Assembly: GCA_031409655.1 (NCBI GenBank)
Contig: JANNXQ010000235.1
Location: 1 to 64,000, forward strand
DNA length: 64,000 bases
DNA from: Chthoniobacteraceae bacterium
GTDB lineage: Bacteria; Verrucomicrobiota; Verrucomicrobiia; Chthoniobacterales; Chthoniobacteraceae
Direction: 5' to 3'
Part shown: piece by piece, positions 60,520 to 64,000 of the stretch
How positions within the stretch are numbered: position 1 is the first letter of the stretch
Layout of the letters: each line of letters opens with the position of its first letter
The notes under the pieces: generated by a model
Seen by the model: only the letters and a program-made list of their open reading frames with translations
The model's database searches: none
Told to the model about the DNA's origin: nothing
Translations under genes and position numbers: made by a program

Positions 60520-62172
60520 ATGCATCGCCCCACCGCTCTCGCTCTCGTCGCCGTGCTGTGGGCGGCGATCTATCTGCCGGGGCTGGGCTCCACGGAGCTG
60601 AAGGGCGAGGAAGGTCGGCGCATTCTCCCCGCCGTGACGATGCTGGAGACGGGGAACTGGCTGGTGCCCTACGTGGGCGGCAAGCCGTATCTGCGCAAGC
60701 CGCCGCTGGTGAATTGGGCGATCGCCGGGATGTTCAAAATCACGGGGGTGCGCAACGAGTGGACGGCGCGGTTGCCGGCCGCGCTCTGCGTCCTGGCGCT
60801 CGGACTCGGCATCGTCGCGGTGGCGTCGGATCGGCGGGCTTTTCCCACCCAGTGGCTGGATGTGGAGACGAGCCTCGTCGCGGCGCTCATGGCGATGACG
60901 CAATTCGGGCTCCTGGCAAAGGCGAAGTTTGCGGGTGCCGAAATCGAAGGCATCTACGCCCCGCTCACCGGGATCGCCATCGTCTGCTGGCTGGCCTGGC
61001 ACGCGCAGGGCCGCTCGCCGTGGCTCGTGTGGACGGTGCCGGGCGTGCTGCTCGGGCTGGCGTGCCTGACGAAAGGGCCGTCTCTGCACCTCGTTTTTTT
61101 CTATGGGATCGTCGGCGTCGCGCTTTGGCGGGAAAATGCGCTGCGTCAGCTCTGGCATCCGGCGCCATTCGCCGGGCTGGCGATCTGCGCAGGGATCTTT
61201 GCCGCGTGGGCGGTGCCGTATTTCCAAACGCCCGAAGCGGCGACCGCCGCGGAAGTCTGGAAGCGGCAGGGCATCGACCGCTTCACGGACAGCGAATTCA
61301 ACGCTCGGAATTATTTTACGAATATCCCGCGGGCGTTGGGGGATCTTTTGCCGTGGGTGCTATTGGTTCCGGTGGCGCTGGCGAAGCGGCGCGGGGACGT
61401 TGGACGGGGACCGTTGGACGGGCTCCGCGCCGTGGCCTTGGCGACGGCCGGATGCTTCCTCGTCATCCTCCTGATCCCCGGCACTCTCCCGCGCTACGTC
61501 CTCCCGCTCGGCGTGCCGGTCGCGCTGCTCCTGGCGAGCGCCTTGCGCGGGGCGGATGAAAGGACGAGAGCGATCCGCTACTGGCATGGGGCAAACCGTG
61601 GGGTCGCCGCATTGCTGATCCTGGCGGCGTGCGCGGCACCTTTCGTCGTGAGCACGAGCCAGCGCGGACCGGGTGGTCCGCCGCCGGATTTCTCCCAGGT
61701 CGTGAAAGCGGCGCTCCTTTGCCTGCCCTTGATCCCATTAGCGGCGATCATCATCGCCCGGCGTGCGCGCGCCCTGCGACCGTCGATGCTCGCGACGGCC
61801 ACGGCGACGTTGCTCGGCATCGGCGCGGCACTTTACGCCATCGCCGCCCTGCCGTGGATCCTCCGGTCGGACGATCTCCGCCCGGTGGCCCGGGCCATCG
61901 ACGCGGCCATCCCTGTCGGCGAGCGGCTGACTTTGTACAATCCCGGCTTCCTCGCCGCGATTTTCTATCTCCGCACGCCCTCCAGCTACGCCCCCCAGAC
62001 CGAGGACATCCCAGCGGATGCGCCGTGGGTGCTGGCCCGGGGAGGGGAGCGGGAGAAGCTCGCGAAGAAACGGCCGGACCTGCGCGTCGCCCGAGAAATC
62101 AGCCTGAAAACCGGTCCGCCGCTTTTGCTCTTGCAACGCGCGGACAGAACCCAAAAAGTGGCGGTCCCGTAA
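60520..62172 (+). CDS. ArnT/GT39-like membrane glycosyltransferase
   Basis: ATG 60520; EEGRR....TMLETGNWLVP..GGKPYLRKPPLVNW, ARLPA, LTKGP, PRYVLP. Confidence 0.85.
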   Translation: MHRPTALALVAVLWAAIYLPGLGSTELKGEEGRRILPAVTMLETGNWLVPYVGGKPYLRKPPLVNWAIAGMFKITGVRNEWTARLPAALCVLALGLGIVAVASDRRAFPTQWLDVETSLVAALMAMTQFGLLAKAKFAGAEIEGIYAPLTGIAIVCWLAWHAQGRSPWLVWTVPGVLLGLACLTKGPSLHLVFFYGIVGVALWRENALRQLWHPAPFAGLAICAGIFAAWAVPYFQTPEAATAAEVWKRQGIDRFTDSEFNARNYFTNIPRALGDLLPWVLLVPVALAKRRGDVGRGPLDGLRAVALATAGCFLVILLIPGTLPRYVLPLGVPVALLLASALRGADERTRAIRYWHGANRGVAALLILAACAAPFVVSTSQRGPGGPPPDFSQVVKAALLCLPLIPLAAIIIARRARALRPSMLATATATLLGIGAALYAIAALPWILRSDDLRPVARAIDAAIPVGERLTLYNPGFLAAIFYLRTPSSYAPQTEDIPADAPWVLARGGEREKLAKKRPDLRVAREISLKTGPPLLLLQRADRTQKVAVP

Positions 62173-62221
62173 GCCGCGCGACCCCCGCGATCGTCCTGAA
62201 AATCGGGCTCCGATTCGGCGC

Positions 62222-62239
62222 TTGTGAAATATTTCACAA
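62222..62239. promoter_or_regulatory. Perfect 18-bp palindromic operator (Rex-type; also fits the CRP core) upstream of actA
   Basis: TTGTGAAATATTTCACAA = TTGTGAA-N4-TTCACAA. Confidence 0.75.
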
Positions 62240-62346
62240 AGTTGTTGCGTTGGCCTAATTGAAGCGGGATAAGAATTCGACCCGATTTTTTCCGCCTCAT
62301 GCAGAACGCAACCCCGCACTCCCGAAGCACCCCGCTCGACTAAGGC

Positions 62347-63078
62347 ATGGCGAATATTTTCCCGCGCGGGAGCAACATTCTCCCAATCAAAATCCTCGTC
62401 TGCCTGGCCGTGATCGGACCGGCGCTGACGGCTGGAGCCTGGTACTACTTTACCCCCAAATACACCCGCGTGGGCTATCAGCCCGCCCAACCGATCCCCT
62501 TCCCGCACGACGTGCATTCCAAGCAACTCGGGATGGATTGCCGCTACTGCCACAGCTTCGTGGAGACGGCCGCGCACTCAAATATCCCGACCACGCAGGT
62601 CTGCATCAACTGCCACAACGCGGTGCAGAAGGACAACCCGAAGCTCGCGCCGCTGCACGAATCCTGGCTGACCGGCAAGCCCATGGAATGGGTACAAATC
62701 CACAAGACGCCGGACTACGTGTATTTCAATCACGCGGCGCATGTGAACCGTGGCGTCTCCTGCGTGAGCTGCCACGGCAAGGTGAACGAAATGGCGGTCG
62801 TCTATCACGCGGAGCCGCACTCGATGGCGTGGTGCCTCGAATGCCATCGCGCCCCGGAGAATGCGCTGCGGCCTTTGGATCAGATCACAAATTTGGACTG
62901 GACCCCGAAGGCCTTGAACGTCGCGGACTTCATCGGGAAATACGGCAAGCCGCCCGGCGAGGAGAACACGGATTTCTCGAAAACGGCGTCGCTGACCCAG
63001 GAGCAGGTGGGCAAAACTCTGGCGAAAAAATGGCACATTAATCCGCCGGATAGTAACTGCGCAGGCTGTCACCGATGA
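62347..63078 (+). CDS. actA: Alternative complex III pentahaem cytochrome c subunit
   Basis: N-terminal TM, GYQPAQPIPFPH, five CxxCH motifs (CRYCH, CINCH, CVSCH, CLECH, CAGCH). Confidence 0.92.
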   Translation: MANIFPRGSNILPIKILVCLAVIGPALTAGAWYYFTPKYTRVGYQPAQPIPFPHDVHSKQLGMDCRYCHSFVETAAHSNIPTTQVCINCHNAVQKDNPKLAPLHESWLTGKPMEWVQIHKTPDYVYFNHAAHVNRGVSCVSCHGKVNEMAVVYHAEPHSMAWCLECHRAPENALRPLDQITNLDWTPKALNVADFIGKYGKPPGEENTDFSKTASLTQEQVGKTLAKKWHINPPDSNCAGCHR

Positions 63079-64000
63079 GCAAACGAGTTTTCCAACACCC
63101 CGTCCCGGCCACCACGGGTAAGAAATATTGGCGTTCGCTCGGCGAACTCGGCGATACCCCGGAATTTCGCGGCTGGCTCGAGCGCGAGTTTCCGCAAGGT
63201 GCGGCGGAGTTTCAGGGCGGCGACGTCTCACGGCGGAATTTCCTGCAATTGATGGGTGCCTCGATGGCCCTGGCCGGCTTCGGCCTCACGGGTTGCCGGC
63301 GGATGGAGAAGCATCTGGTGCCTTTCACGAGGGGCGTGGAGTGGTCCATCCCGGGTAAGACGCTCTTTTTCTCCACCTCCTATCCGACTCGCAAGGGCGC
63401 CTCACCGCTGGTCATCGCGACGAACGACGGACGGCCCACGAAGGTCGAGGGGAACCCGCTGCATCCGGTCAGCAAAGGCGCGTCCGACGTGCATGCGCAG
63501 ACTTCGATCCTCGATCTCTATGACCCGGATCGGTCCCGGTTTTTCCTCGAAAAGGGCCAGCGCTCGGACGAAGCTGCCTTCACGAAGGCGCTCGCTGAGG
63601 CGATGAAAGTTGCGGGCGATGGCTCGGAGCTTGCCTTCCTCGTGGACGCGAATGAATCCCCGACTCGCGAACGTCTCCGGGCGGAGATCGCGAAGAAATA
63701 CCCGAAGGCAACGTGGGCGATCTACGAACCCCTTGGCGATGATCTCGCGACCCAGGCTGCGCAAGCCGCCTACGGTGGCCTGCGTCCCGTGGCGCAACTC
63801 GACAAGGCTGCGGTGATCCTTTCGATCGACCACGATTTCCTCGGAAATGATGGCGAAGTCGGGATGGTGCGAGCTTTCAGTGCAAAGCGCAAAGTCGAGG
63901 GCCCGGAGTCGAAGATGAACCGGCTCTACGCGGTTGAAAATCGCTACACCGTGACCGGCGGAATTGCCGATCACCGTCTGCGCCTGCCGGTGAGCCAGAT
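63075..64000 (+). CDS. actB: Alternative complex III ActB (TAT-variant molybdopterin-oxidoreductase-like), 5' part
   Basis: ATGA overlap with actA; YWRSLGEL, EREFP, SRRNFLQLMGAS..LTGC, GRPTKVEGNPLHP, LDLYDPDRS; open to the window end. Confidence 0.9.
   Translation, partial: MSKRVFQHPVPATTGKKYWRSLGELGDTPEFRGWLEREFPQGAAEFQGGDVSRRNFLQLMGASMALAGFGLTGCRRMEKHLVPFTRGVEWSIPGKTLFFSTSYPTRKGASPLVIATNDGRPTKVEGNPLHPVSKGASDVHAQTSILDLYDPDRSRFFLEKGQRSDEAAFTKALAEAMKVAGDGSELAFLVDANESPTRERLRAEIAKKYPKATWAIYEPLGDDLATQAAQAAYGGLRPVAQLDKAAVILSIDHDFLGNDGEVGMVRAFSAKRKVEGPESKMNRLYAVENRYTVTGGIADHRLRLPVSQ

Noticed and set aside
58816..61227. Apparent large overlap of the 1266-aa and 1118-aa ORFs
   Set aside because: Both are upstream over-extensions; motif-supported starts at 60369 (minus) and 60520 (plus) give a normal divergent pair.

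Overview
GC-rich bacterial chromosomal segment; gene content (PVC-type haem protein, PEP-CTERM proteins, IEPLExRIAPA-led giant proteins, DUF1800/DUF1501) points to Verrucomicrobia, probably Chthoniobacterales-like (inference). It carries hopanoid tailoring genes (hpnK, hpnI, and a distant hpnJ), a ~2700-aa Calx-beta adhesin, tRNA-Gly, a beta-barrel/Wzc/short-OPX polysaccharide export trio, pgsA, a TMTC-like glycosyltransferase, mgtE, a DUF1800-DUF1501-pseudopilin-like cluster, a P450, a sigma54-preceded amt-glnK-amt operon, xerC-like, mnmE, pyrD, mqnC, dinB and the start of an alternative complex III operon (actA, actB). The most unusual signals are: (i) a non-coding array of about nine 41-bp units with two dyad centres per unit at 52364-52732, inside a 1.3-kb repeat-packed intergenic region; (ii) the downstream ~1426-aa PEP-CTERM-like passenger-repeat gene, broken by three single-base indels in short homopolymers that all fall in a compositionally atypical middle section; (iii) two signal-peptide-less giant proteins with different cargo domains but the same N-terminal motif and the same C-terminal module; (iv) a DUF1800 protein whose core domain is interrupted by HGLxxGD repeats. 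All calls come from reading the sequence by eye; no database searches were run.
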